Made by a program: the position numbers and the translations under genes
In this document: piece by piece, positions 10,188 to 19,680 of the stretch
Position numbering within the stretch: the stretch's first letter is position 1
Layout: each line of letters opens with the position of its first letter
The notes under the pieces: model-generated
The model's database searches: none
What the model was told of the DNA's origin: nothing
What the model saw: only the letters and a program-made list of their open reading frames with translations
Virus record (IMG/VR): IMGVR_UViG_3300028887_000104
Coordinates: 1 to 64,000 of that record
Reading direction: 5' to 3' (one strand)
Length of the DNA: 64,000 nucleotides
Source: a virus
Lineage: Duplodnaviria; Caudoviricetes

Positions 10188-10525
10188 ACGTACGGTTTCG
10201 TTCAGAAATATGTACGTTTTGGGGACGTATTTTTCAAAACGTACAGTAAATGCGGAGGCTGGAAGCGTTGATTTATAATGGATTGAAGATTTTACTGTAC
10301 GAATGTACGTTATGTACGTTCAAAAAATAAAAGATATATAGAGATATTTTTTATGATGAATATGGGAATGATAGAAAAATACCTCGCGCGTAGGAGAAAA
10401 AGTGAACGTACATAACGTACATAACGTACATAATCCTTATTTATCAACGGTTAGACGGTGTACGTTTTATAAAATAGAGAGTGCGAAAACGTACATAATT
10501 ATTTCATAACGTACATAAAACGAAC
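10186..10525. repeat. putative replication origin with inverted iterons
   Basis: TGTACGTT copies on the left, AACGTACATA x3 tandem (10405-10433) plus two more on the right, AT-rich core between. Confidence 0.7.
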
Positions 10526-10544
10526 GAATCGAGGTGAATTACAC

Positions 10545-11189
10545 TTGAAAACCCTGATTGCAATCCCGTGCATGGATAATGCGCACGTCGGATTTACACA
10601 ATCACTCATGCATTTGAAGAAGGGTGAAAATACATCCGCATCATTCAGAGCGAACAGCCTGGTCTACGATTCCAGGAACATACTCTCACTGACAGCAATC
10701 GAACAAGGCTATGATCGTGTAATGTGGATCGACTCTGACATGATGTTTACGCCGGATGCGATGGAGATACTCCAGAACTATATGACGCTATATGGATTTG
10801 ACATGATTACCGGATTGTATTTCAAGCGCAACGGTGAGTGCCTGCCAGTGATCTATGACGAACTGGAGATGCCTACCCAGGATGAAAACGGACTCCCGAT
10901 TAAGCATATCCACGAGTATATCCAATATCCACGGGACACAATATTCCCTGTAAAAGGATGCGGTTTCGGATTCGTACTCACCAGTACGGAATTACTGAAA
11001 GCAGTATGGGATAACTTCGGACCTGCATTCGCTCCGCTTCCGTGGGCCGGAGAAGACATTGCGTTCTGTCACCGGGTAAATCAGCTCGGAAGGAAAATAT
11101 ACTGTGACAGCAGCGTATCATGCGGACACATCGGGACCTATGTTTACACGGAAAAAGATTTTCTGGCAAGGCGAGGTGATAGACATTGA
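10545..11189 (+). CDS. GT-A fold glycosyltransferase (GT2-like)
   Basis: KTLIAIP N-terminal strand, WIDSD DxD motif, GCGFG..GED; paralogue of 28135-28779. Confidence 0.75.
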   Translation: MKTLIAIPCMDNAHVGFTQSLMHLKKGENTSASFRANSLVYDSRNILSLTAIEQGYDRVMWIDSDMMFTPDAMEILQNYMTLYGFDMITGLYFKRNGECLPVIYDELEMPTQDENGLPIKHIHEYIQYPRDTIFPVKGCGFGFVLTSTELLKAVWDNFGPAFAPLPWAGEDIAFCHRVNQLGRKIYCDSSVSCGHIGTYVYTEKDFLARRGDRH

Positions 11190-11723
11190 CAAAAGGACTC
11201 GGACAACGGACACCAACAGTAACACTTGTTCACAAACTGCGCCTGATGGCTGACGCAGGCGGAATGCTGACCCGGGACAGAATCCGCACCGTTATCGAAT
11301 CAGCTGACCGGCTGGAAGATCTGGATGAACGTGTTGCTATCATGATGGAAGGCAACAGGATCGGAGGCGATGCGAATGAAGAACATTGAGTGGTGGCGTT
11401 CAACGGCAACACATATGTGGCGCACATACTTCGCCATGGAACGCGACGGGTTCGTCTGGGATAAGCTTTCACTCCCAAACCAGCGCATATACGCAGTCTG
11501 CCACCATGTTTTCCTGTCCAGGTTTGTTAAAACGGATCAGGATATCTTGAAGTATTACTTCACCAGCAAGTGGGGCGATGATCTCTACGCTGTGGAAGAC
11601 TATTCCGCAAAGCACAATATTCCGGTCAAGGTGATCTGGATGGTCATCCGCCGAGCGAACCGGACTATTATCGAAGAGGTCGGACTTATTGAAAGAAAGG
11701 ATGATCCGGATGCCGAAGCTTGA
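11186..11723 (+). CDS. two hypothetical proteins (11186-11389, 11376-11723)
   Basis: Overlapping ORFs with RBS. Confidence 0.55.
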
Positions 11724-12702
11724 CATCATCGTCACCCACTATAACGAACCATGGCGGGACGGACAGAAGTTCTTCGACATGCTCGCATTACAGCGCGGCG
11801 TGAACATTGACGACTACCGTGTGATATTCATTCAGGATGGTACCGGATCGCCTTTTAAACCGATGGTCATGCTCCGGAAGTATCCGTTTACTAGCGTTTA
11901 TGAAGTAAGTCATGGCGGCGTCAGCATTGCAAGGAACATGGGCATGTGTATGTCCGAAGCAGACTGGGTTATGTTCTGTGACTTCGATGACATGCTGTAT
12001 TCCTGTGATTCGCTTCACAGGATCCTGACGAGCATCGACCAGGCGGGAGATAAAGCGGATCTTCTCTGGGCACCGTTCTGGATGGAACAGTACGACCGGA
12101 AAGGTGTATTCCACAAAACGCTGAAAAAATGGAACAGCATCTTTAATCATGGCAAGGTGTACCGGCTTCGGTTCCTGCTGGAAAATCACATTAGTTTCGA
12201 ACCATTTATCAGCTATTCCGAAGACGCGCTGTTCAACGCCACCGTCTGCATGTGCATCAGTCCGAAACGCATCGCCCGCATTCCTGAAACCACTTACATG
12301 TGGTGCCATCGTCAGGAATCACTCAGTTCCCGCGCTGACGGGCAAGCACAGCGAAACAATGATCTATACACAAAGCGCGTCCTGCTGTGCGAAGAATACC
12401 TGAAGCGCGGAAACGCGTATGAAGCTGACTGCGCAGCGGCCCGGGCAATCCTTGATTACTACCACGAGCTTGCCGGGACAGATCATCCGCCAGCCGGAGC
12501 GACCGCTCAGGAATGGAACAACCGTGTGCTCGACATCATGCACCGTTTCCCAGGATGGAACAAAATCTATCCGCATGATATGGTCCGCCTGATGTCCGTT
12601 GCAAAAGACGAAGCACAACACAAAGGCTTTACCATGCCAAACATGCTCGGTTTTGCTGAATGGCTGGATACTCTCACTAAGAAAGAAGGTAATACACAGT
12701 GA
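11710..12702 (+). CDS. glycosyltransferase family 2
   Basis: LDIIVTHYNE, HGGVSIARNMG, WVMFCDFDD, SEDALFN. Confidence 0.9.
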   Translation: MPKLDIIVTHYNEPWRDGQKFFDMLALQRGVNIDDYRVIFIQDGTGSPFKPMVMLRKYPFTSVYEVSHGGVSIARNMGMCMSEADWVMFCDFDDMLYSCDSLHRILTSIDQAGDKADLLWAPFWMEQYDRKGVFHKTLKKWNSIFNHGKVYRLRFLLENHISFEPFISYSEDALFNATVCMCISPKRIARIPETTYMWCHRQESLSSRADGQAQRNNDLYTKRVLLCEEYLKRGNAYEADCAAARAILDYYHELAGTDHPPAGATAQEWNNRVLDIMHRFPGWNKIYPHDMVRLMSVAKDEAQHKGFTMPNMLGFAEWLDTLTKKEGNTQ

Positions 12703-14120
12703 CACAAGTTATCCATACTCCCCATGATGGGCGCTTCGTCGTCTACCTATCCACCAGGAACCTGTATGACGTCCTTCCGGCAGCATACAACTCCCTACTG
12801 GCGCATACATCCGTGGACCACGTTTACATTCTCATTGAGGATGACAAGCTCCCCTTCCGCCTTCCTGACAATGTCTCATGCGTGAACGTCTCCGGACAGA
12901 CCTTCTTCCCGCCGGACGGAGCGAACACTTCAACCGCATTCACCTATATGGCCCTGATGAAAGCCGCACTCACAAAGATCTTTCCGGATTTGTCACGCAT
13001 TCTTGTTCTCGATGTTGATACTATCGTAAACGACGACATATCCGCTCTATGGAATGAAAGCATCTCTCCTGCATACTATGCCGCCGTCACAGAACCACAC
13101 ATGTCAAAACAGCGCGGATATCCATACGCTAACTTCGGCGTAGTCATGCTCAACCTCGACCTGCTCCGCTCTACCGGTATGGATAACAAGCTCATCCGCG
13201 AAATAAACACTCACTACCACGCATACCCTGAACAGGAAGCCTTCCACATGCTCTGCGGCGAACGCTTCGTCTCACTCCCATCAGACTATAACGACACCAC
13301 TACAGGCTTCCGCGTTACCGCAGCACCTCATCATTCACGCATATCACACTTCGCCGGACTGAAGTCGTGGGTGTCATTCAAGAACGTCCGCCACTGGGTC
13401 ACTCTCAACGCCCAGCATCCTTTCGCTGTGTGCTATATAGGTAACCGCCGCTACTATAAACACATGCTCACAGCAGCAAAATCCCTGCTCTTCCACTCTC
13501 CCGTGGACAAAATCTACTTCCTGACCGAGGACGACACGTTCCCGTACGACCTCCCGCCCTGCGTTCAGATCATTAACGTCTCGGATCAGCACATCTTTCG
13601 CCAGGACGGTCCGAACATTAACGGCTACTATTCCTACATGACACTGATGCGTGCCGCATTGACTAAAGTATTGCCAGACAACCTCGACCGCGTCCTCCTT
13701 CTGGATCCGGATACTATCGTTACCGACGATATCTCCCCTGTCTGGAACTACGACATCACGGACTACTACTTCGCAGCCGTTCGGGAAACACGTAATAATG
13801 ACCACCTGCCTCCGTACTGGAACGCCGGCGTCATGCTCATGAACCTCCGTAAACTCAGAGCGGATGGAATGGATGACCGCATTATCCGCGAAATCAATAC
13901 CCACTATCACAAACACTTAGAACAAGACGTGCTTAATTTCTTCTGCCATGACCTCATCCTCGACCTGCCATCTACCTATAACGCCTGCTTCGTTACGGAC
14001 CCGTGCAAGTATCCTCGAATCATGCACTACCTGTCCACGGCGAAAAAAGACCTGCCAAAGGCACAGCAACAGTACCAGGACCTCACTATCGATCAGCTCA
14101 ATTTCGGGAAGGAGGAATAA
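12699..14120 (+). CDS. tandem double glycosyltransferase family 8
   Basis: Two repeats of L(V/L)LDxDTIV..AAV..N(F/A)GV(V/M)(M/L)(L/M)NL..EQ(E/D). Confidence 0.9.
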   Translation: MTQVIHTPHDGRFVVYLSTRNLYDVLPAAYNSLLAHTSVDHVYILIEDDKLPFRLPDNVSCVNVSGQTFFPPDGANTSTAFTYMALMKAALTKIFPDLSRILVLDVDTIVNDDISALWNESISPAYYAAVTEPHMSKQRGYPYANFGVVMLNLDLLRSTGMDNKLIREINTHYHAYPEQEAFHMLCGERFVSLPSDYNDTTTGFRVTAAPHHSRISHFAGLKSWVSFKNVRHWVTLNAQHPFAVCYIGNRRYYKHMLTAAKSLLFHSPVDKIYFLTEDDTFPYDLPPCVQIINVSDQHIFRQDGPNINGYYSYMTLMRAALTKVLPDNLDRVLLLDPDTIVTDDISPVWNYDITDYYFAAVRETRNNDHLPPYWNAGVMLMNLRKLRADGMDDRIIREINTHYHKHLEQDVLNFFCHDLILDLPSTYNACFVTDPCKYPRIMHYLSTAKKDLPKAQQQYQDLTIDQLNFGKEE

Positions 14121-14122
14121 CA

Positions 14123-14683
14123 ATGACTGACGGAGCGAATCTGTCTGATGAACAGATCACAGAAGTGGTAAAAAAGAAACGCGGAGCGAAATGGACACAG
14201 GAGCTTTCCGCTGAAGGCGTCGGTATGGAACCGGGTGAAAACGCACGATATATCCGAAATGCTCTGGCATCATGGAATCTTCCACCGATTGATATTTCCG
14301 ACCCAAAACAGGTCCAGCAACGCATTACAGAATACTTCCAGCATTGCGTAGATAACGACAGAAGACCTCAGATCGTAGGCATGTGTAATTGGCTCGGAAT
14401 AAACAGGAATACGCTGAATGAGTGGAAAAATGGGGAAGTGCGGAGCGGAACACATGGCGACATTATAAAAAAAGCCTATAGCTTGATGGAAGAAATGTGG
14501 ACCGATTATATGACTAACGGAAAGATCTCGCCACCTACCGGAATATTCCTTGCAAAAAACTGGTATGGATATAAAGACGTAGCGGATGTAGTCGTAACAC
14601 CGAATAATCCGCTCCAGGATATGAACCCGGATGACGCCAGAAAACGACTGGTAGAAGCTATCCCGGAAGAAGATGACGAATAA
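14123..14683 (+). CDS. terS: terminase small subunit
   Basis: HTH WLGINRNTLNEW and GIFLAKNWYGYKD motif; RBS AAGGAGG. Confidence 0.75.
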   Translation: MTDGANLSDEQITEVVKKKRGAKWTQELSAEGVGMEPGENARYIRNALASWNLPPIDISDPKQVQQRITEYFQHCVDNDRRPQIVGMCNWLGINRNTLNEWKNGEVRSGTHGDIIKKAYSLMEEMWTDYMTNGKISPPTGIFLAKNWYGYKDVADVVVTPNNPLQDMNPDDARKRLVEAIPEEDDE

Positions 14684-15115
14684 CACAGCAAACAGGACCA
14701 GACGCGATTCTGGCCCTGTTTTTGATAGAAAGCAATGCAGGCGTGACGAGAAGGATAATATAATAATAAATGTACATTATGTACACTCATATCTATATTT
14801 ATATATCCCCAACGTAGCAGGTTGCTTTTGCTATTCCGGAGCGGACTGTACGTGCAGCGGATGGTTTGCTGATCCGGAAAGCAAGCCTGTTCTTCATTCT
14901 TCGGACCGGAGCGGATCCGGATGCCGCCAGGATGGGCAAAAATGTTCAACTATTCGTAAAAGTATAGTTTAGCGAATAGTTGATATACTATATGTAGTAG
15001 TGTATCGACACATGAGGCACTATAGAAACGATTTTGCATAAGTATGCAGTATATTTACACAATATACGCATAGAAAATATGCATTGATGACCGGCAATAT
15101 GCGTGAATATGCATA

Positions 15116-15160
15116 AAAAATGCCCGCTTCGGAATGCTCCGGAGCGGGTTGTTTTTTATT
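15116..15160. terminator. bidirectional intrinsic terminator
   Basis: A-run, CCCGCT..AGCGGG stem, T-run between convergent units. Confidence 0.75.
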
Positions 15161-15453
15161 TCCAATTAATCCAGTAGGTCAGTAGGTTTGTCTTTCGCGG
15201 TTGCAATTGATAGCGTTTGCGCTTGACTTGTGGCCTTGGTACTGTCTTGCGCGTTGGATCCGTGCTGGTCCAGGCGCTTTTGTTTGATCTTGTGCCGGAA
15301 TGGTAGGCGTGTTTGGATTTGTTCCCGGTCCAGCGTTAGAACTGGTTCATTATGTGGTGGAAAATCAATTACCACTGTTGGCACTTCCTTTGTCGGTTCG
15401 GATTGGCAGCAGGTGATACGGGATTGTCATATGGCGTGTTCTTTTTTTGCGAG

Positions 15454-15942
15454 TTATCCAATGATCAGATCGTCCGGAGCGATTTCTAAGTACCGGCGGA
15501 GGAACTCCAGGTCGCTACATGGGGCGAGTTCATTGCTGACGATTTCCCGGGTATCGTCGTCCATGAGGTTGACGATGATATCCCACGGCACGGACGCGAT
15601 TGCTTCTTCCGGATTACAGAATGAATGTCCGTTGTCGATGCTGATTTTCCTGATCTGATTGTTCATTTGTTTGTCCTCCTTTTGATTGTTGTTATTATAG
15701 CGGATTATGGGACGCGTTGCAATGGGTTATGCCGGGTACGCGGCGCATAGTTCGTTCCAGTACGCAGCACACTCACGGTACAGTGACGGGTCTGGAGAGT
15801 AATCATCCGTGTCTTTCATGCGGAGCGACTCTACCAGGTCGATTCGCATCTCTTCCGGTGTCATCGTCTGGCCCCAGCAGTCGGAACAGTGGTACAGGTC
15901 AGCTATCCACTGTTTGTATTCGGTATCCTTCATTGTTATCAC
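15454..15942 (-). CDS. two small hypothetical proteins (15454-15666, 15727-15942)
   Basis: ORFs with RBS; 15666 start preceded by AAAGGAGG. Confidence 0.6.
15694..15722 (-). promoter_or_regulatory. internal sigmaA promoter
   Basis: TTGCAA-17-TATAAT on the minus strand. Confidence 0.75.
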
Positions 15943-15948
15943 TTCCTT

Positions 15949-16701
15949 TCACGATGCAATGCAGGCGGAGGTTGTCCACCAGTTGAGCAGGGACGGCAGG
16001 ACGTTGTCGGAATACTTGTAGATGAATTCCTTGTGCAGGTTGGCACCGTCGCGAATCCATGCATAGCTTTTGTGCTCTGTGGTCGGGTCCGGGAGCAGTT
16101 CACATCCGGGAGCGTCAATCAGGTACATGGACTGACGGCGGGAAGCGGTCCGGAGGCCGACAACGGTCGGGAAATTGCATTTTAGAACGGTTGGGATGGT
16201 TACGGCCAGGACGTTCTGGGTGCATGCTATCATGTGGACGCGGGCAGCTCGTCCGACCTGAGCGATCCTTTGCAGGAGCGGAAGCACAGCGTTTTTCTGT
16301 GTCGTCATCAGGTCTGCAAGCTCGTCAATGATGACGTACATGTCGGAACCGTCGTAGCTTTTGACGTGTTGCGCCTGCATGACGTGGAAACGGCGGTCCA
16401 TCTCTTCTACGGTCCACTCCAGGGCGCGGATCATGTCATCAGGTTCCGACGCATAGCGGACCGTGTGTGGGAGCGGAGCGAAGTCCAGAAGCTCAACGCG
16501 CTTCGGGTCCAGTAGGACGAATTTGCAGGATGACGGCGAGCGCTGCATCAGGAGCGTGGTAATAATGCCGTTTACCAGTACGGACTTTCCGGAACCAGTG
16601 GCGCCAGCTACCAGGAGATGAGGACGGGCGGCAAGGTCTAGAAACGGAGCGTAATATTCACCACCCGGGAAACGATATGCTTTCGGAACGGAGCGGATCA
16701 T
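15949..16701 (-). CDS. stand-alone FtsK/SpoIIIE ATPase domain
   Basis: PHLLVAGATGSGKS, LLDPKRVEL, VIIDELADLM, GRAARVHMIACTQ. Confidence 0.9.
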   Translation of the reverse strand: MIRSVPKAYRFPGGEYYAPFLDLAARPHLLVAGATGSGKSVLVNGIITTLLMQRSPSSCKFVLLDPKRVELLDFAPLPHTVRYASEPDDMIRALEWTVEEMDRRFHVMQAQHVKSYDGSDMYVIIDELADLMTTQKNAVLPLLQRIAQVGRAARVHMIACTQNVLAVTIPTVLKCNFPTVVGLRTASRRQSMYLIDAPGCELLPDPTTEHKSYAWIRDGANLHKEFIYKYSDNVLPSLLNWWTTSACIAS

Positions 16702-16704
16702 TTT

Positions 16705-17742
16705 TCATACCTCCTTCAAGCACACGATATCATTTTCGACGGTGACGTCATAGAAGCCAACAGATACATCGTCATCGTGGTTTTCTTTCCGAAGCGAACG
16801 CGCGAAGCGGAGCGCAGCGCGTTTGTTGGAAAACTCTTTAGCGCCAGCAGAGTGAAACACGATATATGCAAACTTGCACACGACGATTTCGCATACAGAA
16901 ACGTCGTCCAGGTCCGGAACGCTATGGGCGAAGCGTAGCGCGTCCGTTTTCCTGGTAAACGGAGCGGGATTTACGCCATCCCGCGACGGACTGATTTCGA
17001 CGGAGTATCGGCGAATTGTTGCACAACTTCCCGGATTGTAATCGTTAATTGTTGCGTACATTCTTCTCACATCCTTTCAAGTGCTTTGGAGGTCAAAACT
17101 GCGAAACCGGAGCGGATGATATAATGGCCAGCGGAGCGGAGCGGGACGCGGTCCGGTAAACCCTTACGACGCCGGAGCGGACCGGGATCCGGATGTGTGT
17201 ATATCCGCCTTCCGTACTGAATCTATAGTGGATCCGGTGACGGCGGAGCGACTCCGTGACATCTTTTTCAGTTCTGGCGTTTGATAATACGGAGCGGATA
17301 CGGTCCGCGGTTAGTAAGATTTTCATGTGATTATGTCCTTTCGTTTTCCTGTAAGCGGAGAATGTATTGGGGCGTTTTTTGTTCAGGCCAGATGCCAGAT
17401 CAAACCCCGGAGCCTGGGAGCGGATCACCGCTCCCATACTCCGCCGGAGTGTTATGCGCTCTTTTTCCCTGCGCTTGCTTTTTCTTTCGCGGTTATGACG
17501 TTGTATTCCGTAATGGTCCCATATGCGTCTTTGATATCCGGAAAGTCCTTGTATAGCGCTTTCGTGTCGATTCCGGTCCGCGTTCGCTTATCAATGACGA
17601 CGTTGTAGGCGTCTGTTTGGAAAAAGTCCGCGCCTTTCGCATGCTCAAGTATAAGTGATGCAAGCTTTTCTTTTTCCTTCTTTGCTTCCGTTTCGCGGTT
17701 TTTTGCGTCGATGTACGCGGAAATAATTGCATTAATGTCCAT
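16705..17742 (-). CDS. three hypothetical proteins (16705-17061, 17093-17326, 17452-17742)
   Basis: Co-oriented ORFs with RBS. Confidence 0.55.
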
Positions 17743-17760
17743 CTTTTTTTCCTCCCGTTT

Positions 17761-18456
17761 TCAATGTTTAGTGAAGTAGGAATCACGTCCCATCTTTGAA
17801 AGAAACCAACAAGCTTTACAGTGATTACAATCTCCCGGACAATGGATTGCGTTTTCCGGGATCCTTGTTTCTGCCCCGTCATCACACCACGCAACGCGAT
17901 AATGTTTCCGTAAATCTTCCGGGATTGTTATTCCAGTCCATCCGGAAAGAACAAGTTCAAAGTTTTCCGTTTGGTAGAATCTTACATGCCGGACAATGTC
18001 AAATTGTTTGGTGAAAGCAAGGAAACGCGTTTCCGGATGTTTCTTTGCTAACCGTTTCCACATCCGCGCATATTCTATAGAAAAGAAGTCACCGGAAGAA
18101 TGTACGCGGAATAATGCGGGGTGATATTTTTCCAGCCACGCGTCAAGAAGTTTTTCAAGCTTCCGGAGGTGCTTCCGTGAAAGCACTGTATTTTCAGTCC
18201 ATGCGCGTAAACAGTTATTTTTTTCCATGTCGTATCCATGACATAATGCATTTTTCACCGCATAACATCCATTAATACCACATGTCCGGCGCGCTTCCGG
18301 GGAACATGTGCACATGGGAAGTAAATTCCATGCAGGGATACCATTCAATTTACTGTTATCCCGTGGCGCGTGAAATGTCGCGTTGTCCATTTCCAACGCG
18401 TCTTTTTCGATGTGAAAAAGCTTACTCACATCGTATCCTTTCCTTGTGTTACCCAT
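17761..18456 (-). CDS. GP88-like phage protein
   Basis: NSKL..IPAWNLLP..TC....C...CYA and FRVHSSGDFFS..FLAFTK. Confidence 0.7.
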   Translation of the reverse strand: MGNTRKGYDVSKLFHIEKDALEMDNATFHAPRDNSKLNGIPAWNLLPMCTCSPEARRTCGINGCYAVKNALCHGYDMEKNNCLRAWTENTVLSRKHLRKLEKLLDAWLEKYHPALFRVHSSGDFFSIEYARMWKRLAKKHPETRFLAFTKQFDIVRHVRFYQTENFELVLSGWTGITIPEDLRKHYRVAWCDDGAETRIPENAIHCPGDCNHCKACWFLSKMGRDSYFTKH

Positions 18457-18564
18457 GTTTCTTTCCTTCTTTCCTTTTATTTTTCGCGGTTTTCCCGCGT
18501 ATACAGGAAACGCACTTTCATTTCCTGTATACGCGGGACGGGATCGGGATCCCGTCCGCTTTAC

Positions 18565-18919
18565 TTACTTGTGGAAACGTTCCGCGCTTCCGACGATTTC
18601 GTATCCGTCCATATCCAGCGCTTGCATTCCGACGATAATCCCGCTTTGTGTTACTTTCCGGATTACTATCACCGGGATATCCGCGTTTCCATAGTACGGG
18701 GAAAACATCATGGTTTCGTTTGCTTCGATAATGTCGAACATTGTTTTTCCCCCTTTATGCGATTTCTACAACGATCGTTTCGTCGTATGGATAAATCCGG
18801 AGGACGTCCGCGTTTCTGTATTCTTCCGGGATATCCATTACAGAAAACCCATGGAAAATACATATGTTGTTTCTGTAAACCTTGAAAAAACCATCAAAAG
18901 GAATGTAACCCAGTTTCAT
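18565..18919 (-). CDS. two short ORFs below the track cutoff (18755-18919, 54 aa; 18565-18741, 58 aa)
   Basis: Read manually; purine-rich RBS before each ATG. Confidence 0.5.
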
Positions 18920-19005
18920 CTTTCCCACCCTTTCCGCGCTGTCAGATCAAGCGCTTCGTAACATTTTCGTAACATTTTGCCAACCACCCTCCCGGGTTCA
19001 TAAGT

Positions 19006-19057
19006 ATTCTATCAAATATTTTTGATAATTGCAAGTACTTTTGATAAATTTTATCAA
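19006..19057 (-). promoter_or_regulatory. leftward promoter overlapped by TATCAAA/TTTGATA palindromic operators
   Basis: TTGCAA-17-TAGAAT; palindromes at 19010-19027 and 19039-19057. Confidence 0.75.
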
Positions 19058-19118
19058 ATTTATTTTATAGATATTATCTATATTTGATATAGGTGGATCC
19101 TATGGCCGCGTCGAACGT

Positions 19119-19173
19119 GGGACAAATTTGTCCCGCGTCTGGCCTGACGGAATCCGGGACAAATTTGTCCCGG
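19119..19173. repeat. two copies of the perfect palindrome GGGACAAATTTGTCCC
   Basis: 19119-19134 and 19156-19171. Confidence 0.9.
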
Positions 19174-19281
19174 CTTTTCCAGGCTGACCTGGCTGGCGGG
19201 ATCCCACCCCTTGGGGGTAACCCAGCCGGCAGCCAGGGTGGCTCGTCACCCCCTTCCGTACCCAAAGCGATAAAAAAGTCG

Positions 19282-19310
19282 TTGACAAATTCAAAAATAG
19301 CTGATAATAT
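19282..19310 (+). promoter_or_regulatory. rightward promoter of the HTH gene
   Basis: TTGACA-17-TAATAT with extended TG. Confidence 0.7.
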
Positions 19311-19341
19311 CATTACAGAATAAAACGGAGGTTGATAAAAA

Positions 19342-19665
19342 ATGAAAGTTTCAGAAGCGATTAAGATGGCGATGAAGAAGAAAAAAATCACGCAAACGGA
19401 GATGGCAAATCAGCTTGGAACTGGACAGAGCAATTTAAGCATGTGGATGCGCAGTGAGAGCGGAATGCGTGTAGAGAATGTTATCCGGATGGCGAACGCG
19501 TGCGGATATGATCTTGTGCTTGTTGACAGAAGTGACGTGAAAAATGCTTTCGTGATTGGCGAACGTGATGAAATCCAGTTGGAAAGCTGCGACGATGGGT
19601 TTGACGAACGCGTTAGGAAGATTATAGAAGAAGAGTTTGCAAAAAAGTCGAAGCAGGAAGAATGA
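19342..19665 (+). CDS. XRE-family HTH repressor candidate
   Basis: ITQTEMANQLGTGQSNLSMW helix-turn-helix; first gene of the divergent unit. Confidence 0.8.
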   Translation: MKVSEAIKMAMKKKKITQTEMANQLGTGQSNLSMWMRSESGMRVENVIRMANACGYDLVLVDRSDVKNAFVIGERDEIQLESCDDGFDERVRKIIEEEFAKKSKQEE

Positions 19666-19680
19666 TTTGGAGGGATTCAA

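Larger units (their letters stand above)
14131..17296 (+). repeat. strand-polarised heptamer CGGAGCG, 19 copies
   Basis: Manual count of 19 on +; no CGCTCCG seen in the same interval. Confidence 0.8.

Noticed and set aside
15166-15384. 72-aa leftward ORF
   Set aside because: GTG start with a weak RBS and no motif; not supportable.
14131-17296. CGGAGCG as a known KOPS/SRS or Chi sequence
   Set aside because: It does not match the motifs I know (GGGNAGGG, GAGAAGGG, GCTGGTGG), and the FtsK here lacks the gamma domain; reported as unexplained instead.
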